A stretch of 64,000 bases of DNA from Treponemataceae bacterium (GTDB lineage Bacteria; Spirochaetota; Spirochaetia; Treponematales; Rectinemataceae). The stretch spans positions 544,001 through 608,000 of the forward strand of contig CAXXVZ010000002.1 in NCBI GenBank assembly GCA_963678065.2, given 5' to 3'. The notes under the pieces were generated by a model. The model saw only the letters and a list, made by a program, of their open reading frames with translations, had not been told where the DNA came from and ran no database searches. Both the position numbers and the translations under genes were made by a program. Positions 20,481 through 29,563 of the stretch are shown piece after piece. Each line of letters starts with the position of its first letter. Positions within the stretch are counted from its first letter, which is position 1.

Positions 20481-20705
20481 ATGATCGTCGAACAGGTCAA
20501 GAAAGCGATAGAAGAAGTGCGCCCCTCCCTCCAGGCTGATGGCGGCGACATCGAGCTCGTCTCCGTGGAAGAGGACGGCACTGTCAAAGTCCAGCTCACG
20601 GGCGCCTGCGGTTCCTGCCCCATGTCCACATTCACCCTCAAGCAGGGCGTCGAAGCCTATCTCAAGAAGACCATCCCCGAAGTGAAGGAAGTCGTCCAGG
20701 TCTGA
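20481..20705 (+). CDS. NifU-family (NifU C-terminal/NfuA-like) Fe-S carrier
   Basis: VRPSLQADGGDIELV...LTGACGSCPMS CxxC motif; AAGGAG RBS. Confidence 0.93.
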   Translation: MIVEQVKKAIEEVRPSLQADGGDIELVSVEEDGTVKVQLTGACGSCPMSTFTLKQGVEAYLKKTIPEVKEVVQV

Positions 20706-20805
20706 TCCCGCTACTTTCGGGACCCGCGAAGCCTGAGCGCGGTACGTCAGCCGCTCAGGCTCCGACACGGGAAACGGAGCCTGGTCTGCGAGTCGAAGTA
20801 CAGGC

Positions 20806-21618
20806 TTATTTCCCCATCTTCGACTCGAACCACCGGAACAGCGCTTCCGCCCGGTTCGAGAATGAAACTTCGAGCTTTCCCTTGAATATGCCGGGCGCCT
20901 CCGCCCCGCTCTCCGCGTAGAACACGATCGCGTCCTCCGCCCTGATGAGAAAGAGGCGGGTGGAGAGAGCCCCAGCCGCCATGACGGGCACCAGTCCGTA
21001 GTTCATCCTCGTCAGGTTAGTCTGAGTGACGAGGAAGTTGTCCTCCGAAAACGAATAGTCATACCGGTAGACATTGGAGCCGAAGCTGAGATCGCGCTGA
21101 AAGGCGAAGAAGGACTCGGCGGCCGGAATCTTGCCGGGCAGGGGTGCAGGCGGGTCGGGAATTTTTTTCCGGGACTCGGGGCTCTCTATCCTGTAGGATT
21201 CGGCGTAGAAGGTGCGCAGTTCGTTGCGGCTCGCCGACCAATACTCGATGCCCTGGAGCGATCCTACAGATCTCAGGTAGCCGTAGATTCCGGCCAGCTC
21301 TGCGGCCGCCGCCGCGGGGTCCTGCGGTCTGGGCCGTGCCAGGGAGAAGAGGGTCTCGACGAGAATGCTCGACTTGGATGACGCGATCGCCGCCTTCAGC
21401 ACCGCGGACGTGGGATGATCCGGCAGGAGAGACGGCTCTCCCTTGTAGGCGACGCGCACCACTCTTCCCGTCGTCGCGAGGGAGCCGACGACGGTCTTGC
21501 CGTACAGGCTCTCAAGGGTATACGGCCGGACAGACTGGGCGCCGATGTTCACGCTCCCGGACAGCAGCAAAAATGCGAGGCACATGAGGGTCGGGACGGG
21601 CCGGATGGGCATCTTCAT
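20806..21618 (-). CDS. Exported hypothetical protein of a spirochaete-type family (DUF6675-like)
   Basis: Signal peptide; SLQGIEYWSASR, QRDLSFG.NVY.Y.Y and SFSNRAEALFRWF recalled from treponemal proteins. Confidence 0.65.
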   Translation of the reverse strand: MKMPIRPVPTLMCLAFLLLSGSVNIGAQSVRPYTLESLYGKTVVGSLATTGRVVRVAYKGEPSLLPDHPTSAVLKAAIASSKSSILVETLFSLARPRPQDPAAAAAELAGIYGYLRSVGSLQGIEYWSASRNELRTFYAESYRIESPESRKKIPDPPAPLPGKIPAAESFFAFQRDLSFGSNVYRYDYSFSEDNFLVTQTNLTRMNYGLVPVMAAGALSTRLFLIRAEDAIVFYAESGAEAPGIFKGKLEVSFSNRAEALFRWFESKMGK

Positions 21619-21770
21619 ACGCCTACTATACCACGTTTGAGCCCCTCTATGCACAGGGCGTTCCGATCATATATACAGAGCATGCGAAATCCCCTCAAAC
21701 CCCACACGCATCCAGCCATAAAGGCCTCGCCCCCAAGGGCGCCTTTTGGGTTCCGAAGGAGACCACGGCA

Positions 21771-23432
21771 ATGACGATCCTCACACTAGTACTGGAATTG
21801 GTCGGAGGTCTGGCAATGTTCATGCACGGCATGGAATTGACCAGTGACGGCATCCAGCGCGCGGCGGGGAACAGGCTGCAGCGCACCGTCAATTTCATGA
21901 CGAAGAACAGGGTCATGGCTGTACTCACGGGAACGCTCGTCACCATCCTGATCCAGTCCTCATCGGCGACGAGCGTCATGGTCGTATCCTTCGTGAACGC
22001 CGGTCTACTCTCTCTCGTTCAGGCCATCGGCGTCATCATGGGCACCAACATAGGGACGACCCTCACGGGCTGGATCATCGCGGCGGTCGGCGTCGGAAAG
22101 TTCAGCGTCGCCGCCCTCGCCGTGCCCATTTTCGGACTCGGCTTCTTCATGTCGCTCATGAAAAAGCGATCTGACTCCTTCAGAAGTTACGGTACGGTGT
22201 TCATGGGATTCTCCATGATTTTCCTCGGCCTCGGTTTCATTTCGGAATCCATCCCAAAGCCCTCAGGCGACGTCCTGTACTTCCTCCAGAATTTCTCCAA
22301 CCTCGGATTCCTCTCCATAATCATCGCCGTCCTGGTCGGCACGGTCTTCACCATCCTCGTCAACGCCTCGAGCGCGACGCTCGCCATCGTCATAGCCCTC
22401 GCCACCGAAGGCGTGATCGATTTCCGCATGGCCGCGGCCCTCACGCTCGGCGCCAACATCGGCACGACCTTCGACGCCTTCCTGGCCTCATTCGCCACCA
22501 ATGTCGACGGCAAGAGAGCCGGTTACGCCCACATCCTCTTCAACGTCTTCGGGACCCTCTGGGTCATCGCGGTCTTCGACCCATTCCTCAAATTCGTGGA
22601 CTTCGTGACGCCAGGAGAGATCACTCCCGCCACTCTCGGCGTCCACATCGCCATGCTGCACACCCTGTTCAACACCTGCAACACGATCATCCTTCTGCCC
22701 TTCGTGAATCAGTACGCCGCATTTATGCGTAAAATTTTCCCGGACAAGCCCGGCACGAAAGGACAAGTCCTCGTCTACCACCCCCAGCCGATCCTGCCCA
22801 CGCCGGAACTCTCCATCATCCACGCACGGAAGGAAATATCCGACATGTCTATCCTTGCGCGCGAGATGTTCCTTCGCGCCCGCGACGGACTCGTCACCTT
22901 GCCCGAAAACATGGAGACCGAACTCGAGTGGTTCGGCAAGCGCGAGAGCTACGCCGACTCGATGCAGGAAGAGCTCACTCGCTACCTTCTCACCATCAAC
23001 CGCCAAGACGTCAACGCCCGAACCGAAGAAAACCTCGGCCAGCTCATGCACATGGTAGACGACCTCGAAAACATCACCGATTCCTGCCTGAGCCTCGCCT
23101 ACCTCCTCGAACGCCAGGGCAAAAAACAGCTCATCTTCGGGAAGAAGGAGTCCACGGGACTCTTGCCCTACACAGCCCTCGTCGACGAATTTCTCGCCTT
23201 CATTGTCGGGAACATCGGCGGCCAGCTCTCGCCGGAGCAGCTCGACCTCGCGGGGGAATACGAGAATCGGGTCGACGCGATGCGCAAGGAGCTTAAAAAG
23301 AAGGCACAGAAGCGTCTTAGGGAGGGCAGCGAAGTCAAAGCCGAATTGCTCTTCCTCGACATCATCCGGCAGATCGAGAAGATCGGCGATCACGCCTTCG
23401 GAGTGGCCGCAGCCCTCAAAGCTCTTACATGA
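21771..23432 (+). CDS. Na/Pi cotransporter family protein with PhoU-like C-terminus
   Basis: IQSSSATSV...GTNIGTT and a second repeat NASSAT...GANIGTT; helical C-terminal domain with DLENITD/IEKIGDH. Confidence 0.93.
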   Translation: MTILTLVLELVGGLAMFMHGMELTSDGIQRAAGNRLQRTVNFMTKNRVMAVLTGTLVTILIQSSSATSVMVVSFVNAGLLSLVQAIGVIMGTNIGTTLTGWIIAAVGVGKFSVAALAVPIFGLGFFMSLMKKRSDSFRSYGTVFMGFSMIFLGLGFISESIPKPSGDVLYFLQNFSNLGFLSIIIAVLVGTVFTILVNASSATLAIVIALATEGVIDFRMAAALTLGANIGTTFDAFLASFATNVDGKRAGYAHILFNVFGTLWVIAVFDPFLKFVDFVTPGEITPATLGVHIAMLHTLFNTCNTIILLPFVNQYAAFMRKIFPDKPGTKGQVLVYHPQPILPTPELSIIHARKEISDMSILAREMFLRARDGLVTLPENMETELEWFGKRESYADSMQEELTRYLLTINRQDVNARTEENLGQLMHMVDDLENITDSCLSLAYLLERQGKKQLIFGKKESTGLLPYTALVDEFLAFIVGNIGGQLSPEQLDLAGEYENRVDAMRKELKKKAQKRLREGSEVKAELLFLDIIRQIEKIGDHAFGVAAALKALT

Positions 23433-24066
23433 GGGTTTCAGGCAGACTGTAGACTTCCGAGACCTTCTCGATGAGGATGGCCCCCATGCCGAGCGCGAGA
23501 GCGGGAGCGAGGTCGACGTCGTAGCGGTCGCCGACAGAGACGAGATCGGCATACTGCGTTCCCAGCCGGGCGGCCGCGAGCATAAAGGGCGCGGGGTCGG
23601 GCTTGCTCTTCAGGGTATCGTCGAGCCCGACGACGACCGTGAAACAGTCCCGGATGCCGAGCGCGTCGAGACTCGCGGTCCCGACGGAGCATGGATTGTT
23701 CGTGACGAGGGCGAGGGGGAAGCGGGCGGCCAGGGAGGAAAGGGCGCGGGCGAGTTCGGGATCGGGCCGGAGCCACTCGGCGGGTCGGATGCCCTCCTCG
23801 CGCCAGCGCGCACTCGTGGCGATGTCGACGCCGAAGGCGGCCGAGAGATTGGCCATGCTGGTCGGCGGCAGCCCCACCGCGGCGCGTTCAGCCTTGAGAC
23901 GCGCGAGTTCGGCCCGGGCGCCGGCCAGATCGGTCCCGAGGAAGCCGGCGAGCCGCTCTTCCAGTATTCTGGCCTGAAAATCCGTGTAGGCCGCGTTCGT
24001 GTACAGCGTGTTGTCGAGATCGAAGATCAGGGCAGAAATCTGCCCTGGCAGGCGAAAAACCTTCAC
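23425..24066 (-). CDS. HAD-family hydrolase
   Basis: LIFDLDNTLY, LVTNN, KSKPDP and VGDRYDVD motifs; GTG start overlaps the prs stop (GTGA). Confidence 0.88.
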   Translation of the reverse strand: MKVFRLPGQISALIFDLDNTLYTNAAYTDFQARILEERLAGFLGTDLAGARAELARLKAERAAVGLPPTSMANLSAAFGVDIATSARWREEGIRPAEWLRPDPELARALSSLAARFPLALVTNNPCSVGTASLDALGIRDCFTVVVGLDDTLKSKPDPAPFMLAAARLGTQYADLVSVGDRYDVDLAPALALGMGAILIEKVSEVYSLPETLM

Positions 24067-25427
24067 AGATCGTCGGCGGGTTCGAAGGGAATGGGCTCGT
24101 CGAGCCCCTCCTGTCCGGCCGGAGGCTCCTGCTTCTGCGCCGCAAAGGCGTGCGCTTGCTGGGAAGTCGCCGGCTTCACGCCGGACTGCTTGTCCATCTG
24201 CTTCTTGATCAGCTTGGCGACCACGTCGCGGTTGTCCAGCATCGAGGAGAGCGAGCGGTCGTGGTGGATGAGGCTGATGATCTGGGCGAACAGCCCCGTG
24301 ACGTCTGCCTGGATGAACCACTCGCGGTCCGAGAGCTCGGTGTTGCGCACGGCGTTGGTCCCGATGATGCGGTAGAACAGTCCCTGCTTGTAGGCGGCGT
24401 CGAAGTCGTTGATGGCGTTTCCGGAAAAGAAAGGCAACGAGACCGCCGAGATGACTTTGGTGGCTCCCATTTCTTTCAGGTTCTTCATTCCCTTGATGAG
24501 GGTTCCGCCGGTCCCGATCATGTCGTCGGCCATGAAGACCGTCTTGCCGCGCACGTCGCCGAGGAGCTTCATCTCGCTGATGTTGGTCTCGGAGGCGCTC
24601 TTGGTGACCTTGGAATAGTCGCGCTCCTTGTAGAGGAGGGCGAGCGGGCGCTGGAAGGCATTGGCGTAGAACTTGTTGCGGTCGACGGCGCCGGTGTCGG
24701 GCGCAAGCACGACGAGGTCGTCTTTCTTTATGTCGATTATGCCGATGAGTTTTTCGATGATCTGGAAGGAGGCGTGCAGGTTCTCGACTCTCAGGTTCGT
24801 GAAGCTGTTTTCGATCTCCCGCGAGTGGATGTCGAGGGTGATGATGCGCGAGACGCCGAGATTTTCCAGCATCTGGCCGACGCGGGCGGCGGTGAGGCCC
24901 TCGCGTCCCTTTTTCTTGTGCTGGCGGGCGTAGGGATAGGAGGGCAGGACGAGATTGACCCGCCCGGCGCCGGCTTCCATGGCCGCATCTATCGTGACGA
25001 AGAGGGAGAATATGTGGTCGTTGACGGAAAATTGCTTGTGCGTCGTGCCCTCGTTGAAGGCGATGGGCTGATGGTTTTCGATATCCTGGAAAATGTAGAG
25101 ATCCTTGCCCCTGACCGATTCGAGGATCTCCGTCTTGACCTCTCCGTTGGCGAAGAAGGTGTGCCGTGTGTTGATCTTGAGGCGGGGAGGGCGATACTGG
25201 TTCACGTTGCCGGGGATATAGGAGAGGCTCGAATTGGTATCCTGCGCGAAGTTGATCTTGCGGGTGACCAGTTCCTGGGAAAGGTGGTAGCGGGACGCGA
25301 GAGCTGCGGTCTTTCGGTCGAAACGGCGCTTGTAAATCCCGGCGAGCCTGCGGATCACCTGATCCGCGAAAGCCTCGCCGCCGGGGCAAGCAAGAATTCC
25401 GAGCTTTGAAGGATCAGAGTAGCTCAT
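24063..25427 (-). CDS. prs: Ribose-phosphate pyrophosphokinase (long spirochaete type)
   Basis: FANGEVK, YPYARQHK, ITLDIHS, APDTGA and DDMIGTGGT PRPP loop. Confidence 0.95.
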   Translation of the reverse strand: MSYSDPSKLGILACPGGEAFADQVIRRLAGIYKRRFDRKTAALASRYHLSQELVTRKINFAQDTNSSLSYIPGNVNQYRPPRLKINTRHTFFANGEVKTEILESVRGKDLYIFQDIENHQPIAFNEGTTHKQFSVNDHIFSLFVTIDAAMEAGAGRVNLVLPSYPYARQHKKKGREGLTAARVGQMLENLGVSRIITLDIHSREIENSFTNLRVENLHASFQIIEKLIGIIDIKKDDLVVLAPDTGAVDRNKFYANAFQRPLALLYKERDYSKVTKSASETNISEMKLLGDVRGKTVFMADDMIGTGGTLIKGMKNLKEMGATKVISAVSLPFFSGNAINDFDAAYKQGLFYRIIGTNAVRNTELSDREWFIQADVTGLFAQIISLIHHDRSLSSMLDNRDVVAKLIKKQMDKQSGVKPATSQQAHAFAAQKQEPPAGQEGLDEPIPFEPADDL

Positions 25428-25460
25428 GGGTACTGCCTTTTTGGGTGGGACTTGGTCTTC

Positions 25461-25489
25461 AGCCTACCCGCGCGCTGTACCTTAGTCAA
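25461..25489 (-). promoter_or_regulatory. Putative prs promoter
   Basis: TTGACT-N17-TAGGCT on the minus strand, 33 nt before the ATG. Confidence 0.5.
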
Positions 25490-25490
25490 T

Positions 25491-25574
25491 GCCCCGCATT
25501 GCCTCATAATTTTTCGAGACGAAAGAGTGAGTCTGCCTCATAAGTAAATCACGACGAAGGGCCCCGCATTGCCT
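25491..25574. repeat. 14-bp direct repeat with an internal partial copy
   Basis: GCCCCGCATTGCCT at 25491-25504 and 25561-25574; TGCCTCATAA at 25500-25509 and 25534-25543. Confidence 0.75.
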
Positions 25575-25641
25575 GTCATCGGTTATTGTCCCATCACTTG
25601 TTATATCTTCATGATGTGCGAGGGGGACCGCGGATCGCCTG

Positions 25642-26631
25642 TCAGAGCAGCTTCCGGCTGCTCACCCTCACGTTGATGATGACAGCGAGGGCGATGACGA
25701 GGCCGACGAACGCGTCCTGGATGTACGCGTCGGTTCCGAGGAGGACCAGGCCCGTCCGCACCTCGGCCATGATGAAAGTCCCTATGAACGAGCCGATGAT
25801 GCTTCCGATGCCGCCCGACATCGAGGTGCCGCCGATCACCGCCGCCGCTATCGCCTCGAGCTCGAGACTGGTTCCCTGCGTTGGGGTGACCGTTTTCAGG
25901 TATCCGAGCGAAACAAGGGATGCGAGCCCGGCCGCCCCGGCGGTAAGAAGGAAGCAGATCCTCTTTATGTGGACGGTCTTGATGCCGGCGAGCTCCGCGG
26001 CGTCGCGGTTGTCTCCCGACGCATACACCCGGACTCCGAACGTCGTGCGGTGCAACACGACGTACATCGCGATCCCCCACGCGAGCACCCAGAAAACAGG
26101 GACAGGAATCAGTCCAAACAACTCCGAACGGCCCATGATGCCGTAGAAGGGGTTGTCGTCGAATGTGGATATCGGCTGCCCCTGCGAGAGGACCATCGCG
26201 ATGCCCCGAAAGACCATCATCGTCGAGAGTGTGGCGATGAAGGAATTGATTTTTGTGGTTGTGACGAGGAGTCCGTTCAGATAGCCGAGGATGAGAGCGC
26301 TCGCGAGACCAAGCACGGCCGAAAGCCAGATGTTCAGACCGAGATTCTTCGTCAGAAGTCCGGTGACAACTCCGGTGACGGCGAATATGGCGCCGACGGA
26401 CAGATCGAATTCTCCGGCGATGATGAGAATCGTCATCGACATCGCGATGATCCCGAGCCCCGCCGTCTGGCGGAGGAGGTTGAAGAAATTGTACGCCGTC
26501 AGGAAGACCGGCGACGTGAGCGAAAAAAATATCCCGATGAGTATGGCCGCGGCCACTACGCCGAAGTCCCGGAATCCGACAAAGCGCCTGATGACGGAGC
26601 CCTTGCCTGAAGATGATGTGCCGTTTGCCAT
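25642..26631 (-). CDS. Monosaccharide ABC transporter permease (RbsC-like, CUT2)
   Basis: GEFDLSVG, SFIATL, FGVRVYASGDN..AAELAGI and ELEAIAAAVIGGTSM.GG motifs. Confidence 0.93.
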   Translation of the reverse strand: MANGTSSSGKGSVIRRFVGFRDFGVVAAAILIGIFFSLTSPVFLTAYNFFNLLRQTAGLGIIAMSMTILIIAGEFDLSVGAIFAVTGVVTGLLTKNLGLNIWLSAVLGLASALILGYLNGLLVTTTKINSFIATLSTMMVFRGIAMVLSQGQPISTFDDNPFYGIMGRSELFGLIPVPVFWVLAWGIAMYVVLHRTTFGVRVYASGDNRDAAELAGIKTVHIKRICFLLTAGAAGLASLVSLGYLKTVTPTQGTSLELEAIAAAVIGGTSMSGGIGSIIGSFIGTFIMAEVRTGLVLLGTDAYIQDAFVGLVIALAVIINVRVSSRKLL

Positions 26632-26655
26632 GTTTCGCGCTCCTTGTGTTCCGCC

Positions 26656-28146
26656 TCAGGTGCTCGAAGCGAGGACGAGATCGTCCTTGGTCGCCTTGTC
26701 GCCGGGAAGAAGGATTTTCATCCGTCCCTTGCTCATCACCAGGATGTCGTCCGAGAGCCGGAGAAGCTCTTCGTGTTCCGACGAAGCGATGATGAACGAG
26801 TACCCCTGGTCCGCGAGGTCTTGGATCAATGCCAGAATTTCCTGTTTCGCGCCGACGTCGACGCCGCGGGTCGGCTCGCTCATCACTATGAGCCGCGGAC
26901 GCAGGGCGAGCCAGCGGGCGATCAGCACTTTCTGCTGATTGCCGCCCGACAGGGAACTCACGGGCGCGTCGGGGCCGCTCATCTTGATGTGGACATCCTG
27001 CGACGCGCGGGCCGTCGCCTGGCGAAGCTTCTTTTCGTTCACGAACGCGCCGCCGGAAAAACGGTCGATGCCCGGCATGCACAGATTCAGTTTGACGTCC
27101 AGGTGGTGAAAAAGCCCGAGCTTCTTCCGGTCTTCCGGAACCATGCCGATACCATGGCCGATGGCCTCGGCGGGAGAGGAAATGCGACATTCCTTTCCGT
27201 CGATCAGGATCGTTCCGGAATCAGCCGGGGGGGAGCCGAACAGCGCGCGCGCGATCGCCGACCTGCCCGACCCGGCGAGTCCCGCTATTCCGAGGATGCC
27301 GCCCCGCGCGACAGAAAAACTGACATCGTCGAACTCCCCCCCGAGCCCGAGATTCCTGACCTGCAACAGGGTTTCCCCGCGCGGTTTGACCGTCCTGCGC
27401 ACCACCGTCTCCAGCCGCCTTCCCGCTATCATGGACGAGATCGCGCGGGTGTCGAACTCTCCCTTTTCCAAGGAGCCGATGAACGAGCCGTCGCGAAATA
27501 CGACAATCGAATCGCAGAGCGAAACCAGCTCTTCGAGCATGTGGCTGACGAACAGGAAAGTGACTCCGCGATCGCGAAGCCGCCGTATGATGGTGAACAG
27601 ACGCTCGACTTCCGGCGGTGTGAGCGCGGTAGTCGGTTCGTCGAGAATGATGAAGGATGCGTTCCGCGACAGGACGCGCACGAGAAGTGCGAGCTGCGTC
27701 TCGGCCGTCGAGCAGTCCCTGACGAGCCGCGTAGGATCGATGTCCTCTCCGAGCAGATCGGCGTACAGTCGCCGGCATTCCTCGTTCATGCGCTTCCAGT
27801 CGGGGGAGAGCCCCTTGCCCGGCATCGCCGGTCCCAGGAAGACATTGGCCGCGACCGACAGGTGGGGGCAGACGGGGATTTCCTGGTGGAACACGCTGAT
27901 CCCGCGCTTCTCCGCCTCTTCCGGACCCTTGGGGCGGTAGGCTTCTCCCCGGAGCTCAAGCGTGCCGGAATCCGGCTTGTGGACTCCGCAGAGGATTTTG
28001 ATGAGAGTGGATTTGCCGGCTCCGTTTTCTCCCGCAAGCCCGACAATGCTCCCCTTCTCCACGGAAAAGGAGACGGAATCGAGGGCCTTCGTGGATCCGA
28101 AGCTCTTGCTGATCGAGTGAATGGCAAGTATCGGGCTGCTGCTCAT
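26656..28146 (-). CDS. Monosaccharide ABC transporter ATP-binding protein (RbsA/MglA-like, two NBDs)
   Basis: GENGAGKST; ILDEPTTAL; second NBD with VPEDRK, LSGGNQQK and EPTRGVDVGAK. Confidence 0.95.
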   Translation of the reverse strand: MSSSPILAIHSISKSFGSTKALDSVSFSVEKGSIVGLAGENGAGKSTLIKILCGVHKPDSGTLELRGEAYRPKGPEEAEKRGISVFHQEIPVCPHLSVAANVFLGPAMPGKGLSPDWKRMNEECRRLYADLLGEDIDPTRLVRDCSTAETQLALLVRVLSRNASFIILDEPTTALTPPEVERLFTIIRRLRDRGVTFLFVSHMLEELVSLCDSIVVFRDGSFIGSLEKGEFDTRAISSMIAGRRLETVVRRTVKPRGETLLQVRNLGLGGEFDDVSFSVARGGILGIAGLAGSGRSAIARALFGSPPADSGTILIDGKECRISSPAEAIGHGIGMVPEDRKKLGLFHHLDVKLNLCMPGIDRFSGGAFVNEKKLRQATARASQDVHIKMSGPDAPVSSLSGGNQQKVLIARWLALRPRLIVMSEPTRGVDVGAKQEILALIQDLADQGYSFIIASSEHEELLRLSDDILVMSKGRMKILLPGDKATKDDLVLASST

Positions 28147-28155
28147 GGCTTCCCC

Positions 28156-28292
28156 GGCGGAATGCCGGACCCGTCAGTGGATCCGGCATTCCGCCATGCA
28201 GGTTTCATTGTCCGCTCGCGAAAGCGGCCGATGTGCGTATATGGTACCCGTGTCGCCGCGATGGCATTGCGCCTCGCCGCCGTGGCGACACG
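28156..28292 (-). other. Two strong intercistronic hairpins between the SBP and ATPase genes
   Basis: Perfect 14-bp stem 28156-28169/28182-28195; second stem CGTGTCGCC...GGCGACACG at 28249-28292. Confidence 0.65.
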
Positions 28293-28297
28293 ATCCG

Positions 28298-29251
28298 TCA
28301 GCGGTATCCCTTCGCCGCCAGATCCATGACCGCCTTCACGTTCTCGGCCGTGACGGGAGCGATGCCGGTGTTGATATCGCAGGGCGTCAGGCTGTACTTC
28401 TTGAGCAGATACAGTTCGACGACACTCTGGTATCCCTGCAGATAGGGTTGCTGATCGATCGTGAACGACATGGTGCCCTTGGTGATGCCCGCGAGCACAT
28501 CGGCGACGAGGTCGAAGCCTCCACCGACGACCTTGCCCTTGAGCTTGTCGCGCTCGATGATCTGGGCGATCGCCGAACCGGTCACGTCCTCGACCCCGAA
28601 CATTCCCTTGATCGCGGGATTGGCCTGGTAGGCGCTACCGATGAGGGACACCGCCTTGACCATGTCGGTTCCGGTAGCCACGACCCGGTACTTGAACTTT
28701 CCACCCTGGGCGTCCAGAACGTCTTTAACGCCCTTGATGCGGGCCTCGAGGTTTTCCGCGCCGGCGGTGTGGATGCACAGAAGAACGTCGCCGCCTGCGG
28801 GCAGGAGCTTGACGACCTGCCGTCCCATGGACTGTCCGGCCTCATAGTTGCCCTGGCCCACGTAGGCGAGGCGGCCGGAGGCCGGAGCGTCGGCGTTCAG
28901 CGCGATCACCGGTATGCCCTTCGACATCGCTTCCTTTACGACATCGTTGAACGCGGATGTGTCGGGCATCGTGGTCGCGATGCCATCGACTTTCTGGGCG
29001 ATGGCGGACTTGATGTAATCGATCTGTTTCTGGATGTCGAATCCGGAAGGCCCGGTGTAGACGACATCGCAGCCCAGGTCCTGGCCCGCTTCCTCGGCGC
29101 CTTTCCGTACGGGCACGAAGAAGGGAACCGCTGTGGCGTGTGTGATCACCACGAATTTATACTTTTTCGCCTGGGCCGCTCCGCTCATGACCGGCAGGGT
29201 CGCCAGAACCGCCGCGAGCAACAGTACCGATCCGAGACCTTTTCTGACCAT
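28298..29251 (-). CDS. Monosaccharide ABC substrate-binding protein (periplasmic binding protein type 1)
   Basis: Signal peptide; PFFVPVRKGAEEAG, YVGQGNYEAG, GGFD and TIDQQPYLQGY; GGAGGA RBS. Confidence 0.92.
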   Translation of the reverse strand: MVRKGLGSVLLLAAVLATLPVMSGAAQAKKYKFVVITHATAVPFFVPVRKGAEEAGQDLGCDVVYTGPSGFDIQKQIDYIKSAIAQKVDGIATTMPDTSAFNDVVKEAMSKGIPVIALNADAPASGRLAYVGQGNYEAGQSMGRQVVKLLPAGGDVLLCIHTAGAENLEARIKGVKDVLDAQGGKFKYRVVATGTDMVKAVSLIGSAYQANPAIKGMFGVEDVTGSAIAQIIERDKLKGKVVGGGFDLVADVLAGITKGTMSFTIDQQPYLQGYQSVVELYLLKKYSLTPCDINTGIAPVTAENVKAVMDLAAKGYR

Positions 29252-29341
29252 GGAGTCCTCCTTGTTGTTCCCCTCCGCAGCCTGTTGAGGCGATCCGCGC
29301 GCCGGCCGGAGGGAGATCGAATGCAGGTGCACCGCCATGTC

Positions 29342-29358
29342 TGCACGTTTCATGCCAG
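29342..29358 (-). promoter_or_regulatory. Sigma54 -24/-12 promoter of the ABC operon
   Basis: Minus strand CTGGCATGAAACGTGCA (GG-N10-GC), 90 nt upstream of the SBP ATG and next to a GAFTGA activator gene. Confidence 0.8.
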
Positions 29359-29515
29359 AGAACATACAATGCCCGCATTTCCGGAAATATCCTGAAGATT
29401 CGCGCGAGATTACATCGTTTTCAAGTATCCGCGTTCTTTTGCGCACCAGAACACGTTATCTGGGCGGAGGCGGCGGTCTGGAAACGATTCCGGCTTGCGG
29501 GAACCGGGAAGCGGT

Positions 29516-29563
29516 TGTACAGTAAATGTACAGCCTGAACAGCGAGTGTACAAAATTTGAACA
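29516..29563. promoter_or_regulatory. Putative enhancer (UAS) array for the sigma54 activator
   Basis: TG(T/A)ACA at 29516, 29527, 29536, 29547 and 29558 (spacings 11, 9, 11, 11). Confidence 0.6.

Noticed and set aside
23425..25389. 654-aa ORF suggesting a large HAD fusion
   Set aside because: The N-terminal part is an Arg-rich off-frame reading of prs; the HAD domain starts at GTG 24066.
25491..25574. Possible mini-CRISPR
   Set aside because: Only two 14-bp copies, too short for CRISPR repeats, and no cas genes are present.
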